A stretch of 64,000 bases of DNA from an uncultured Bacteroidota bacterium (GTDB taxonomy: Bacteria; Bacteroidota; Bacteroidia; UKL13-3): NCBI GenBank assembly GCA_903927505.1, contig CAIYNF010000084.1, positions 4,577 to 68,576 of the forward strand. The letters are read 5' to 3'. The notes beneath the pieces were generated by a model that did not search any database, was not told where the DNA came from, and worked only from the letters and a program-made list of their open reading frames with translations. This document shows, piece after piece, positions 1-10,108 of this stretch. Every line of letters starts with the position of its first letter. Positions within the stretch are counted from its first letter, which is position 1. Made by a program: the position numbers and the translations under genes.

Positions 1-257
1 TCACTCCAAATGGCGATGGTTTGAATGATCAATTTGTACCTATCTTAAGTATTGGTCGATTTGAGTTTTTAGAACTTGCTATTTTTAACCGTTGGGGTGT
101 GCAGGTATTTGAAACCAAAATGCCTGGTGGAACTTGGTGGGATGGAAAAATTAATGGAACTCCTGAGCCTCCAGGTATTTTTACTTACCATATTGAAGCT
201 AGAGATAAAAAAGGTAAATCGTACGAATTTACTGGTACTGTAGCTATTGTTCGGTAA
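1..257 (+). CDS. 3' fragment of a T9SS cargo protein carrying a type B (gliding-motility-associated) C-terminal sorting domain; 5' end lies outside the window
   Basis: Frame is open from the window edge (codons from nt 3): TPNGDGLNDQFVP...FNRWGVQVFE...WDGKINGTPEPPGIFTYHIEARDKKGKSYEFTGTVAIVR*. This is the TPNGDGxND / NRWG / GxYxY motif set of the T9SS type B CTD. Confidence 0.8.
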   Translation, partial: TPNGDGLNDQFVPILSIGRFEFLELAIFNRWGVQVFETKMPGGTWWDGKINGTPEPPGIFTYHIEARDKKGKSYEFTGTVAIVR

Positions 258-260
258 AGC

Positions 261-2276
261 CTAAACTAAGATTTTTTGTAGCGCCTCAATTGTATAAATT
301 GGGGCGCTACATGTTTTATTAGTGCACAACCAAGCTGTGGTTTTTTCAACTGTTCCATTTTTTGAAGCCATTAAAGGTATTTTACTTTCTTCTGTGTGAA
401 TTAGGATGACTGTATTGTATTGAAATGATTTGCTTAAATTATTCTTCCAATTAATTGCCTCACTTCCTTTTAAAATAAGCTGCTTAAAGCCTTTTTCCTC
501 CTGTGCTATCAGCTGCATCCAATTGCTGTATCCATTAGGAAATTTTTTCATTTTAGGAAGAATTGTAACGATCATGTTTGCCTGCATTTGGGAATAATCA
601 TTGCGCTCAAAATAATAAGACAAACGATTGAGGCATTTTGCTAATATGCTATTGGATGCTGGAATTACATCGTCGTTTGCTTCAATTTTTCTTGTGATGA
701 GTATTTGTTGTTGGGCAGAAGTAAAGAAAAATAAACCCGAACTTTCATCCCAAAATTGTTTGATACATTCATCCATTAATTCTTGTGCCAACAAACAATA
801 TTTTTCCGATGCCCCTGCTTCATATAAAGTAATTAAAGCATCTATTAAACAAGCATAATCTTCTGCAAATCCTGCTATGCTTTTTTTGCCATTTTTATAA
901 ATTCTGAAAACTTGTTTTCCCTCTAAACACCATGCCAGCAATGATTCTATGGCATTTGTGGCTTGTTCTATGTAATTGTATGCGGGCAAATAAATATGCG
1001 CTTGGGCATATCCTTTAATCATCAAAGCATTCCAGCTGCATATTATTTTATCATCTAATCCAGGTGCGATGCGTTTGCTTCTTTCGAGTAATAATAATTT
1101 ACGACAATGATTTATTTTCTGTTCAATTTCTTTTGCCGTTAATTGGAAAAAATCTGATAAATCCTCAATGGTTTTGGTTCGGAATAAAATATTTCCTTCT
1201 TCCCAATTTCCTTCTTTTGTAACAGAAAAATAGTCGCAGAATAACGGCGCGTTCTCCTCTAATACTTCATGCAATTCTTCAAATTCCCATACATAATATT
1301 TCCCTTCTATGCCTTCACTGTCGGCATCCAATGCCGAGTAAAAACCGCCCTTAGGTGCGGTCATAAATTCACTAATAAATTGATGCATATGAGCTACCAC
1401 CTTTTCAAAAACGGGCTCCTTGAAATACTTTGCAGCCATAGCATAAGTTCCCATTAATTGGGCATTGTCATATAGCATTTTCTCAAAATGAGGTACTTTC
1501 CAAAAGCTGTCGGTACTATACCTTGCAAAGCCTCCAGCCAAATGATCGAAAATACCACCTTCATACATTTTGTGTAAAGTGGTTTGAACGGCTTCTGCAA
1601 AAATTTCATCATTTGTGATGTGATGGATACCTATAAATAATTCCCATTGGTTGGGCAATGGAAATTTTGGCGACCAATTATAGCCTCCCCAAACGAGGTC
1701 AAATTGTTGTTTCCATTTGTTTAAAAGACCCATTAGCGTTTGAAATTGGTTTGTATCATTTTCACCTTTTTCAAACACATCCAGTTTGCGAATGCCATTG
1801 CTTAATTGTGTAGCAAATTGATAAGCCTCTTCTTTTTTCTCTTCATAGAATTTATGCAAGCTTAATAATACGTTTTCCCATTTGTCTTTCGGAAAATAGG
1901 TGCCACCATGCAATGGTCGACCATCTGGCAGGGTTATCATATTTAAGGGCCAGCCTCCTTGTCCAGTAATCAATTGAAGCGCATCCATGTATATTTGATC
2001 TATATCCGGACGTTCTTCTCTGTCTATTTTAACGCAAATAAAATGGGCATTCATAATGGCTGCCGTTTCCTCATTTTCAAAACATTCATGGGCCATTACA
2101 TGACACCAATGGCAGCTGCTGTAGCCAATGCTAACTAAAATTAATTTATCTTCTAATTTGGCTCGATCTATTATTTCATCGCTCCATTCAATCCAATTTA
2201 CAGGGTTGTGGGCATGTTGTATTAAGTAGGGACTTTGGGCACTAATTAATGCATTTGTAAATTTGTGTTCGGCCAT
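261..2276 (-). CDS. Thioredoxin-domain protein of the DUF255/YyaL (N-acylglucosamine-2-epimerase-like) family
   Basis: N-terminus [20 protein letters not shown]...[22 protein letters not shown]...[15 protein letters not shown]...GGWPLN is the typical DUF255 thioredoxin-like module with CxxC. The long alpha-toroid C-terminal part is also present. Start moved to ATG at 2276 (MAEHKF). Confidence 0.85.
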   Translation of the reverse strand: MAEHKFTNALISAQSPYLIQHAHNPVNWIEWSDEIIDRAKLEDKLILVSIGYSSCHWCHVMAHECFENEETAAIMNAHFICVKIDREERPDIDQIYMDALQLITGQGGWPLNMITLPDGRPLHGGTYFPKDKWENVLLSLHKFYEEKKEEAYQFATQLSNGIRKLDVFEKGENDTNQFQTLMGLLNKWKQQFDLVWGGYNWSPKFPLPNQWELFIGIHHITNDEIFAEAVQTTLHKMYEGGIFDHLAGGFARYSTDSFWKVPHFEKMLYDNAQLMGTYAMAAKYFKEPVFEKVVAHMHQFISEFMTAPKGGFYSALDADSEGIEGKYYVWEFEELHEVLEENAPLFCDYFSVTKEGNWEEGNILFRTKTIEDLSDFFQLTAKEIEQKINHCRKLLLLERSKRIAPGLDDKIICSWNALMIKGYAQAHIYLPAYNYIEQATNAIESLLAWCLEGKQVFRIYKNGKKSIAGFAEDYACLIDALITLYEAGASEKYCLLAQELMDECIKQFWDESSGLFFFTSAQQQILITRKIEANDDVIPASNSILAKCLNRLSYYFERNDYSQMQANMIVTILPKMKKFPNGYSNWMQLIAQEEKGFKQLILKGSEAINWKNNLSKSFQYNTVILIHTEESKIPLMASKNGTVEKTTAWLCTNKTCSAPIYTIEALQKILV
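278..310 (+). terminator. Strong hairpin after the T9SS cargo gene, embedded in the 3' end of the convergent CDS
   Basis: GTAGCGCCTCAATT-GTATA-AATTGGGGCGCTAC forms a 14-bp stem including one T.G pair. It is followed by ATGTTTTATT on the + strand, so the U-tract is weak. Confidence 0.4.
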
Positions 2277-2337
2277 AAATAATATTTTATACAAATAAAG
2301 CAATTATACGGGCTGCTTTGTTTTATTTTGAATCTAT

Positions 2338-3069
2338 ATGGCGTCCGATTTTTTTGATTTTAAGGAATTCAGGGTTTTTCACAAGCAATCTGCCATGAAG
2401 GTGGGAACGGATAGTGTGCTTTTAGGTTGTTTAGCAGCTGTTTTAATGCATGATGAGCATATTTTAGACATTGGTGCCGGTAGCGGTATTTTATCATTAA
2501 TAATTGCGCAAAGAAGCAGTGCTATTATTGATGCAATAGAAATAGACGAACTAGCATTTCAAGAAGCTTCTCAAAACTTTCAATCTTCTAAGTGGTCCAA
2601 TAGGTTAAATGCAATTCATCAATCCCTGCAAACTTTTGTAATAGGCAGCAATAAAAAATATGATTGCATTGTAAGTAATCCTCCTTATTTTGATACCTAC
2701 GCTAATTATTCTATTGCCAATGCCCAAAGAAAACTTGCAAGACAAGATGCCAATTTGCCTTTTGAAGATTTAGCCAAAGCGGTTCAATATTTATTGTCAG
2801 AAACAGGTTCGTTTTGGTTGATTCTGCCCGATTTGGAATCTAAACAATTTGAGGAAATAGCGAAAGTAAATTTCCTGTTTATGCATACCAATATTGCCAT
2901 TTATCCCAATGCTGAAAGTCCTGTTAGAAGAAGGATTCAAGCTTATAGTAAAAGCGCATTAGCAATAAAGGAAGACCAATTAATCTTATTGGATGAACAC
3001 AAAGAAAAAACTATTAGGTACCAGCAATTAACCCAAGCATTTTATTTAGACAAACTAAAATCTCGGTAA
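2338..3069 (+). CDS. tRNA (adenine37-N6)-methyltransferase, YfiC/TrmN6-like class I SAM methyltransferase
   Basis: FRVFHKQSAMKVGTDSVLLG, the SAM motif ILDIGAGSGILSL and the N6-adenine motif SNPPYF. Confidence 0.75.
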   Translation: MASDFFDFKEFRVFHKQSAMKVGTDSVLLGCLAAVLMHDEHILDIGAGSGILSLIIAQRSSAIIDAIEIDELAFQEASQNFQSSKWSNRLNAIHQSLQTFVIGSNKKYDCIVSNPPYFDTYANYSIANAQRKLARQDANLPFEDLAKAVQYLLSETGSFWLILPDLESKQFEEIAKVNFLFMHTNIAIYPNAESPVRRRIQAYSKSALAIKEDQLILLDEHKEKTIRYQQLTQAFYLDKLKSR

Positions 3070-3078
3070 TACTTACTA

Positions 3079-4395
3079 TTACTTAAATGCAATACCATAT
3101 TTATTGAGCTCCTTTAAAATGGGCTCGTAAAATTCTCTGCTCAATGGAATTTGTACACCACGAGATTTGATTTTATTTTGAAGTATTAATTTAGTGGCAA
3201 TGGCCATTGGCAGCCCCACTGTTTTAGCCATAGCTGTTAATGTTTGATTTTCGCCATCTACAACCAAATAGGCATGGTCGTGCAGGAGTTTGTTATTTAG
3301 GTAATAACTTATTTCATGCTTCATTACAATTTGATCTAATTCACCTGCTTTGAGTTGCCATTTTTCTTGCAATAGTTTTTGCAGTGCTTGCGCGGGTGTT
3401 GCCTCCTTTATACCAATTGCTTTTTCTTCCAATAGGCCGAGCCAAATTATTTTTTTATAAAGACTTGAATTTTTTGTAATAGCTAAAAATTTTGCCAATT
3501 CTGTTTCAATATTTTTTGTATTGGCTGCGGGTATCAAAGCCGTAACAAGTTCCCTATAATTTAATTTTTCTGAATGAGGTAAAAAATAGGTATCGTCTGT
3601 TAGGCCAAGTTTAATAAGGCAATTCCAGGCCGCTGAATAACCCTTTTTACGCAAGGTACCACGTAAAACTGTTTTGGCCGAACCAATGCCGTATGGTTCT
3701 ATATAGCTTAAGGAATCTCTATTGGCATAAGCTTCATAGTTGCCGCTTTTCCCAACTTTTATTACCTTTGTTTGCGTAAAAATTCTATTTGGTGGAATAA
3801 ATTTTAACAAGCCATTTTCTAGGTACCTCGCAGTTGCTTGTCCGGCTAGTACAACATTTCTTGGGTTCCAAGTGAATTTATAATTCCATGGATTATCATC
3901 AAAAGTGGGAGCAACCAAACCACCACAATACGATTCAAAGGAATGAATTTCACCACCCTTCGCCTGTATGTTTTGAATCATTTGCATGGCAGATAAATGG
4001 TCAATTCCTGGATCCAATCCTATTTCATTTAAAAAAAGCACATTGGCTTTGAGCGCTTGTGTATGTAAGCGTTTCATCTCTTCACTCAAATAAGAAGCGG
4101 TTACCAAATGCTTTTTAAATTTTATACAGTCATTGGCTGCCAATAAATGTAAATGTGCTGGCAACATAGAAACTACAATATCTGATGCTGCAATAAATTT
4201 TGCTCTTTGCTTTTCGTTTTGAATATCTAACGCAACAGCAATGCCATTTTTATTTTTAGCAATTTTTTTCTGCGCCAATTCTAAGTTGGCATCTGCAAGT
4301 GTTATATGCCATTTTTCTTTGGTGGCATTGGCTAATAAATATTTAATTAAATAACTGGCAGATAAACCTGCGCCAATAATTAATATTTTTTTCAT
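3079..4395 (-). CDS. Saccharopine dehydrogenase family oxidoreductase
   Basis: Rossmann start MKKILIIGAGLSASYLIKYL, then EIGLDPGIDHLSAM and WNPRNVVLAG, typical of saccharopine reductase-like enzymes. Start set at the MKKIL ATG (4395). Confidence 0.75.
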   Translation of the reverse strand: MKKILIIGAGLSASYLIKYLLANATKEKWHITLADANLELAQKKIAKNKNGIAVALDIQNEKQRAKFIAASDIVVSMLPAHLHLLAANDCIKFKKHLVTASYLSEEMKRLHTQALKANVLFLNEIGLDPGIDHLSAMQMIQNIQAKGGEIHSFESYCGGLVAPTFDDNPWNYKFTWNPRNVVLAGQATARYLENGLLKFIPPNRIFTQTKVIKVGKSGNYEAYANRDSLSYIEPYGIGSAKTVLRGTLRKKGYSAAWNCLIKLGLTDDTYFLPHSEKLNYRELVTALIPAANTKNIETELAKFLAITKNSSLYKKIIWLGLLEEKAIGIKEATPAQALQKLLQEKWQLKAGELDQIVMKHEISYYLNNKLLHDHAYLVVDGENQTLTAMAKTVGLPMAIATKLILQNKIKSRGVQIPLSREFYEPILKELNKYGIAFK

Positions 4396-4487
4396 AGTAT
4401 AGTTCTTAAGCATAGCAAAAATAGGCATTGACTCCAATTTAAACCTAATTAAAGTCAGTTATTGCGAACACTAATTTAATGTGTCTC

Positions 4488-5666
4488 CTAATTGCTATTG
4501 GCGTCGGGAATTGTTTTAAGTATTTTAATTTTACTTCCAGGTTTCAAAATTGCCCCTGCATAGAGTTCATTCCAAATTAACAAATCTTCTTCATTTATTT
4601 GGTATTTTTCTGCTATGCTTTTGCTTGTTTCGCCTCTCATTACCGTATGGTCTATATGTGTAAGCAAATCTTCTTTTAGCATATTATCTTGCTTGGTGTC
4701 TTCAAGTGTAAGGGTATCGTTCACAATTTTTCTTGCTAAGTTACTTGCTAATATTTTATCCTGCGGCAAAGCAACATAATAAATTTTATTTAAGGGTACA
4801 TTGATAAATGGCTTGCGCAACCAAGGGTTGAGAAGCTTTAACAATTTGTAATTACAAGCATTTTGTTGACTCCAACTTGCCAAACTACTTATGCTTAAAT
4901 CAACCTTTACCCAAACCACAGGTGTTTTCTTATACAAATCATTGTACGGAATATGGAAGCCATATTTTTGAGGGTTTTCACAAATATCTTTTATGGCTAT
5001 TATTCTAAAAAGGTATCGAGCTGTTTCAACATTTAAATAAAGATCGAAATAATTATTGATGTTTTGTGCTCTGATTTGTTTTTTAACACCTTCAATTCCC
5101 ATGTTGTAACTGGCGGCAACCAAATTCCAATCCTTAAGTTGTGCGTAGGCTTCTTTAAAATATTGACAGGCCGCATAAGTTGCTTTTTCTAAATGGTAGC
5201 GTTCATCTACTTCTTCAGAAATCTCTAAGCCATAGCGCTTTCCTGTTTTATCTAAAAACTGCCAAAATCCTGCTGCCCCTGCTGGCGACACTACATTTTG
5301 CAAGCCACTTTCTGCCAAAGCGAGGTATTGAAAATCGAGTGGAATTTGCTGTTCAATGAGAATATTTTGAATAGTAGGTAAATATTTATTTGCTCTTTTG
5401 AGCATTAGAATTGTTTGCGATTGCCAATAAACATTTGTTAAAATTTCTTTGTCGTAACGCTCTGCAATATCTGCATCTTTAAGCGAAATAATTTCTCCTG
5501 CAAAGCTAATAGACTTTGGCAATGCCAAGGAATAAACCCTATAATATTGTTGAAATTCTTCAAGGTTTTTTTTGTCTTCTGTTTGGGTATGGCTTTCAAA
5601 AATTATGGCAATTATTGCCAAGGATATTGATGCCAATAACCAAAGAATTCTTTCTTTGTATTTCAT
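4488..5666 (-). CDS. Lytic murein transglycosylase (SLT domain) with C-terminal LysM, MltD-like
   Basis: N-terminal membrane/signal segment. SLT core LALAESGLQNVVSPAGAAGFWQF...ASYNMG. C-terminal LysM HTVMRGETSKSIAEKYQINEEDLLIWNEL. Confidence 0.8.
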   Translation of the reverse strand: MKYKERILWLLASISLAIIAIIFESHTQTEDKKNLEEFQQYYRVYSLALPKSISFAGEIISLKDADIAERYDKEILTNVYWQSQTILMLKRANKYLPTIQNILIEQQIPLDFQYLALAESGLQNVVSPAGAAGFWQFLDKTGKRYGLEISEEVDERYHLEKATYAACQYFKEAYAQLKDWNLVAASYNMGIEGVKKQIRAQNINNYFDLYLNVETARYLFRIIAIKDICENPQKYGFHIPYNDLYKKTPVVWVKVDLSISSLASWSQQNACNYKLLKLLNPWLRKPFINVPLNKIYYVALPQDKILASNLARKIVNDTLTLEDTKQDNMLKEDLLTHIDHTVMRGETSKSIAEKYQINEEDLLIWNELYAGAILKPGSKIKILKTIPDANSN

Positions 5667-5676
5667 TTAAATAGGC

Positions 5677-7197
5677 TTAGGAAATATTTATTTGTTGTAA
5701 TAATATTTCATCTACAATTTGACGGTGATTACTTAGCCGAGGCACTTTGTGTTGGCCACCTAATTTACCAGAATTCTTCAACCAATTTTGAAAGGTTCCT
5801 TTTGGCAATACAGTAACTAATGGTGGGTTCATGGCCATGTCCTTGTAGCGTTTGGCCTCGTAATCAGAATTTTGTTGTTTGAGTGTTTGGTCTAATAATA
5901 ACACAAATTCATCTACATTATTCGGCGCCTTTTCAAACTCAATGAGCCATTCATGTCCACCCTTGTGGTGTTCAGAAAAATAAATAGGTGCAGCAGTGTA
6001 ATCTATTAGCAAAGCATCTGTTTTATCGCAAGCAGTTTTAATAGCAAAATCTGCATTTTCAATTACCAATTCTTCGCCAAAAGCATTAATAAAATGTTTG
6101 GTTCGACCAGTTATTTTAAAGCGAAAAGGTTTGATGGAAGTAAACTTAATGGTATCACCAATGATGTAACGCCATAAACCTGCATTAGTGCTAATTACAA
6201 GCGCATAATTTTCGTTTAATTTAACTTGCTCTAAATTATATGTTTTTGGGAAATCTTTGCCATATTCACTCATTGGCATAAACTCGTAATAAATACCATA
6301 ATCAAGCATCAATAGCATTTCTTCTGATCCCAGTTGGTCTTGAATTCCCATAAAACCTTCACTTGCATTATAGGTTTCTACATAATTTACTTTGCTGTTT
6401 TTTATGAGTTGTTTAAAGCGTTCTCTGTAGGGCGTAAAACTTACTCCGCCGTGCAAATAAAGCTCTAGGTTTGGCCAAATATCTGTAAGGTTGTCTTTGC
6501 CACTCATTTCAAACAAGCGCTCAATTAAAACTATTGTCCATGTAGGTACGCCAGAGATATTGGTTACGTTTTCTGAAAGTGTAGCCTTTGCCATTTTTTC
6601 AATTTTTTCGTCCCAATTATCCATTATGGCAATACTTAAATCTGGTGTTCTTAAGTATTGCGCCCACATGGGCATATTTTGCATCATTACAGCGCTTAAA
6701 TCGCCGTAAAAACTTTCGCTATTTGAATTGTTTATTTGATGACTGCCTCCCATTACCAAGCCTTTCCCATTAAAAATTTCCGACTCGGGTTTTTGGAGCA
6801 GGTAACTCATCAAAACATCTTTGCCTCCTTGGTAGTGGCATTCTTCCATACTTTCATAAGTAACAGGAATGAATTTACTTTTAGCACTTGTTGTGCCAGA
6901 TGATTTGGCAAACCAACGCACTTCACTTGGCCAAAGAATATTTTGTTCACCAAGCATCATGCGTTCTATGTAGTGCTTAAAATCGTCGTAATTGGTAACC
7001 GGAACTCTCTGCTTAAATGCTTCTAAATTATGTATACTTTTAAAATCATAATGCCTCCCAAATTCTGTAATTTGAGCCGTTCGCAGCAATTTCATTAATT
7101 GATCGTGTTGCACTTGCGTTGGATTATGTAAGATTTCCTCGAAGGCGGGTAAGCGTCTTTTGAGGTACCAACTAACCAATGAATTTACGATAGGCAT
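5677..7197 (-). CDS. GH3 auxin-responsive-promoter family protein (acyl-adenylate-forming fold)
   Basis: About 500 aa with FAKSSGTTSAKSKFIP (AMP-binding P-loop-like), YNASEGF and a KVPRL C-terminal motif, as in the bacterial GH3 family common in Bacteroidota. Confidence 0.7.
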   Translation of the reverse strand: MPIVNSLVSWYLKRRLPAFEEILHNPTQVQHDQLMKLLRTAQITEFGRHYDFKSIHNLEAFKQRVPVTNYDDFKHYIERMMLGEQNILWPSEVRWFAKSSGTTSAKSKFIPVTYESMEECHYQGGKDVLMSYLLQKPESEIFNGKGLVMGGSHQINNSNSESFYGDLSAVMMQNMPMWAQYLRTPDLSIAIMDNWDEKIEKMAKATLSENVTNISGVPTWTIVLIERLFEMSGKDNLTDIWPNLELYLHGGVSFTPYRERFKQLIKNSKVNYVETYNASEGFMGIQDQLGSEEMLLMLDYGIYYEFMPMSEYGKDFPKTYNLEQVKLNENYALVISTNAGLWRYIIGDTIKFTSIKPFRFKITGRTKHFINAFGEELVIENADFAIKTACDKTDALLIDYTAAPIYFSEHHKGGHEWLIEFEKAPNNVDEFVLLLDQTLKQQNSDYEAKRYKDMAMNPPLVTVLPKGTFQNWLKNSGKLGGQHKVPRLSNHRQIVDEILLQQINIS

Positions 7198-7285
7198 TTC
7201 TAAATATTATTTGAAGCCAATTTGGTGAAAATTTGATTAAGAAACAAGGACAATACGCACAGAATAAAATTAGGGAATTACTGAA

Positions 7286-8560
7286 TTATCTTCCCATTCG
7301 CATGTTTGCAAAATCTACCATCAATTGAAATGTTTCTGGATACTTGCTTAAGGTAAGTTCCTCGTAGGTATCTTCAATATCATGGTAATGGTGGTAATTT
7401 CCTCTTAAGTAAAAAAAGAAGGATGGAACGCCTGCTTCGGTGAAATAATAATGGTCGCTATTTTGTGCTTTTCCTCTGGGAGAAATATCTGGTAAATAAT
7501 GTCCAATACTGTTGCACATTTTTAAGTTGTTAAACCAATCAGGAAATTCTGTTGCATTAACGGCGGTAAGGCCTTCATCACCTGTCGACATTAAATCCAT
7601 ATTGATAAGCAAACTTATTTTCTTTAAATTTATTAATGGATTTTGTGTAAAATAATAGGAGCCAATTAGGCCAATTTCTTCAGCAGCAAAAGCAATAAAT
7701 ACAATTGAATAAGCGGGAGGGTTTTTGGAATAGTGCCTTGCTAAATCTAGCATCATTGCTACACCGCTTGCATTGTCATTTGCTCCAGGGAAAATGGTTT
7801 CTTTCCCCATCATTCCTAAATGATCATAATGTGCTGTAAATACAATAAATGAATCGGGTTGAATTTTACCTTTTATCATTCCCACTACATTTTGTGTACC
7901 ATGTATTTTGTGTGCGGCATCAATTTTTATTTCCATTTTTAAAACCAAATCTGGGAATACTCCCTTTTTAAAGTATAAAATTGGAAATGGCGCAAACTCC
8001 ATAGCAGGGCTCCAAACGAGGCTTTCATTGTTTTTGTAGATGAGGCCTTTGGCATGCATTTCATTTGCTAAAATGGATTTAACTCTTTTTGGATGCGAGA
8101 GCGTTTTTCCTTTTAAATCGTCAACTACCAAGAAATAATTTTTGAGCTTGAGGTGGCTAATTCTTTCAAATTCTGCGCTGTTATCAACCATGGCAGAATC
8201 AATAACAAGCACTTTAAAAGTGCCATTTATATTGGGGCAGCCAGGATTCATGATAAAATCATGACCAGCAAAAACGGTTTGTCCATCCAATTCAATGTCT
8301 ACCCTGTCTGGATAGTAAACAACAGGAAATCCTAAGGATTGGAAATAATTTTCTCCTAAGGGGAGGAGCTTCTGCGCTGCAAATTCTTCTTTGATAAACT
8401 GTGCGGCAATTTTATCGCCATTATTAACATAGCCCCTACCATAGAAATTGTCGCTACAAAGTGTTTTTATACACGAACGTGCGTAGATAATATCTTGCGC
8501 AGTTGTGCTGCACAAAGAAAGTATGTGAAAGAAAAAGGCAAGCAGAATAAACTTGCGCAT
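7286..8560 (-). CDS. M28 family metallopeptidase (secreted)
   Basis: Signal peptide MRKFILLAFFFHILSLCSTTAQ. Zn-ligand context FTAHYDHLG, GANDNASGVAMMLDLARHY, FAAEEIGLIGS. Start set at ATG 8560. Confidence 0.8.
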   Translation of the reverse strand: MRKFILLAFFFHILSLCSTTAQDIIYARSCIKTLCSDNFYGRGYVNNGDKIAAQFIKEEFAAQKLLPLGENYFQSLGFPVVYYPDRVDIELDGQTVFAGHDFIMNPGCPNINGTFKVLVIDSAMVDNSAEFERISHLKLKNYFLVVDDLKGKTLSHPKRVKSILANEMHAKGLIYKNNESLVWSPAMEFAPFPILYFKKGVFPDLVLKMEIKIDAAHKIHGTQNVVGMIKGKIQPDSFIVFTAHYDHLGMMGKETIFPGANDNASGVAMMLDLARHYSKNPPAYSIVFIAFAAEEIGLIGSYYFTQNPLINLKKISLLINMDLMSTGDEGLTAVNATEFPDWFNNLKMCNSIGHYLPDISPRGKAQNSDHYYFTEAGVPSFFFYLRGNYHHYHDIEDTYEELTLSKYPETFQLMVDFANMRMGR

Positions 8561-8570
8561 AGCGTTCAAA

Positions 8571-8822
8571 TTAAATGGCTTTTATCTCAAAGGAATAGGA
8601 TTCCATAATGAGATTTGCCAATAGTTTTTTACAAGCAGTATCTACCATCTCTTTTGCACTGGCCTCGTCATTGGCATCTACTTCAAGGCTAATGTGTTTG
8701 CCAATTCTTACATTTTGAATGGCAGCAAGTCCAATATTTACCATTGCACCGCTAACAGCTTTACCTTGAGGGTCTAAAAGCGCTGCATGCGGCATTACAT
8801 CTATTTCGGCTTTAAATTTCAT
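8571..8822 (-). CDS. purS: Phosphoribosylformylglycinamidine synthase subunit PurS
   Basis: 83 aa, MKFKAEIDVMPHAALLDPQGKAV...VRIGKHISLEVDA..EASAKEMVDTACKKLLANLIMESYSFEI. Size and pattern are canonical for PurS. Confidence 0.85.
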   Translation of the reverse strand: MKFKAEIDVMPHAALLDPQGKAVSGAMVNIGLAAIQNVRIGKHISLEVDANDEASAKEMVDTACKKLLANLIMESYSFEIKAI

Positions 8823-8823
8823 A

Positions 8824-9537
8824 TTATTTTTTCAAATGGTTGAAGAGCGACAAAAGTACGTAAAGAATTATACTCAATCCAATTCCAAAGTAATGAAATG
8901 CAAAAATAAGTAGCACGCTTGCAATTAAGAAGCTGTATCTAATTTCATTTCCTTTGAAAGTAAAAGTTTTGAATTTTAGCGCAAACAAAGGGATTTCGGC
9001 AATTAAGAGGTATGAAATTAGGATTGGATAAAGTATTAAAAAGCTTACTGAGGTAAAAAATTCTTGTGCGAAGATTGGTCCATTTTCTAAAACCATGGGA
9101 ATACAGCAGATAAAAAGGGCGTTGGCAGGTGTGGGTAGGCCAATAAAACTATCTGTTTGGCGCGTATCAATATTAAATTTTGCCAATCTTATACCAGAGA
9201 AAATCATGATTAAAAAGGGCAGGTAACTGCAAAGCAACATGGTTGGTACATTTTGAAGAAATCCATATTCAAAAACCAAATTATCTTGAGAAATACTGTA
9301 AAAAATAAATCCGGGAGCAACACCAAAACTTACCATGTCTGCTAATGAATCCAATTGTTTTCCTATTTCACTCTGCACCTTTAACAAGCGGGCTGCAAAG
9401 CCATCCAGAAAATCAAATAGTGCCGCAATTAGAATAAAATAAGAGGCTTGGGTAAGGTTTCCGTCAAAAGTTGCTACTATAGATAAACAGCCCATAAATA
9501 GGTTTGCAGCGGTAATGGTATTTGGTATATGCTTCAT
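8824..9537 (-). CDS. pssA: CDP-diacylglycerol--serine O-phosphatidyltransferase
   Basis: CDP-alcohol phosphatidyltransferase signature DFLDGFAARLLKVQSEIGKQLDSLADMVSFGVAP, in a polytopic protein of about 237 aa. Confidence 0.85.
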   Translation of the reverse strand: MKHIPNTITAANLFMGCLSIVATFDGNLTQASYFILIAALFDFLDGFAARLLKVQSEIGKQLDSLADMVSFGVAPGFIFYSISQDNLVFEYGFLQNVPTMLLCSYLPFLIMIFSGIRLAKFNIDTRQTDSFIGLPTPANALFICCIPMVLENGPIFAQEFFTSVSFLILYPILISYLLIAEIPLFALKFKTFTFKGNEIRYSFLIASVLLIFAFHYFGIGLSIILYVLLSLFNHLKK

Positions 9538-9586
9538 TTTGAGGCTTAATTTCTTGCAAAGTAAGGCCTCAAATCCAAATTATAAA

Positions 9587-9617
9587 ATTGTGAATTATAC
9601 TATTTCTACTAAATTTG
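9587..9617 (+). promoter_or_regulatory. Candidate Bacteroidota sigma-A promoter for the 9646/10109 gene pair
   Basis: Exact -7 box TAAATTTG (9610..9617, consensus TAnnTTTG). It is preceded at 19-nt spacing by ATTG (9587..9590, near the -33 TTTG) and lies about 29 nt upstream of ATG 9646. Confidence 0.45.
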
Positions 9618-9645
9618 GCAATCTTATCATTTTTAGTAATTGTTT

Positions 9646-10107
9646 ATGGCGATCCGAACCCTATTTTTAAGTGTATTTATCTTGTTTGCCAATTTACTTT
9701 TTGCGCAAAAAGAACAAGTGACCCTTAAGGTTAGAAATGCAGCCTCCATTCGTGCTTTTGATTTACAACAAGCCAGTTCTTTTGAAATTGTAAATGGAAA
9801 ATTTAGCGCTGCTATTGCATCAGCAAATGGCTACGTTTTTGAAATTAATAACATTTCAGTGAAAGCACTTAAATGCAAACAAAAATTAAAGCAAGCGCAA
9901 TTTAAAGTGGTTTTAATCGACAACCAGCTAAATAAAACTTTCAATACAGACCAAAGGTCAAATGGCAGCTTGCAAATCAATTGTTTGCCTGATGGTGCCT
10001 ATGAATTGATTTTTGTTGGAGATGTTTATTGCAATAAACAAAAAGTGGCGGTAAGTGCTAATTTAACAGGACTTATAGCGCATTCTAAAAATTTGAAAAC
10101 TAATTAA
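9646..10107 (+). CDS. Small secreted hypothetical protein, co-transcribed with the S8 peptidase
   Basis: Signal peptide MAIRTLFLSVFILFANLLFAQ. No recognisable motif. Its stop codon is 1 nt before the ATG of the next gene. Confidence 0.6.
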   Translation: MAIRTLFLSVFILFANLLFAQKEQVTLKVRNAASIRAFDLQQASSFEIVNGKFSAAIASANGYVFEINNISVKALKCKQKLKQAQFKVVLIDNQLNKTFNTDQRSNGSLQINCLPDGAYELIFVGDVYCNKQKVAVSANLTGLIAHSKNLKTN

Positions 10108-10108
10108 T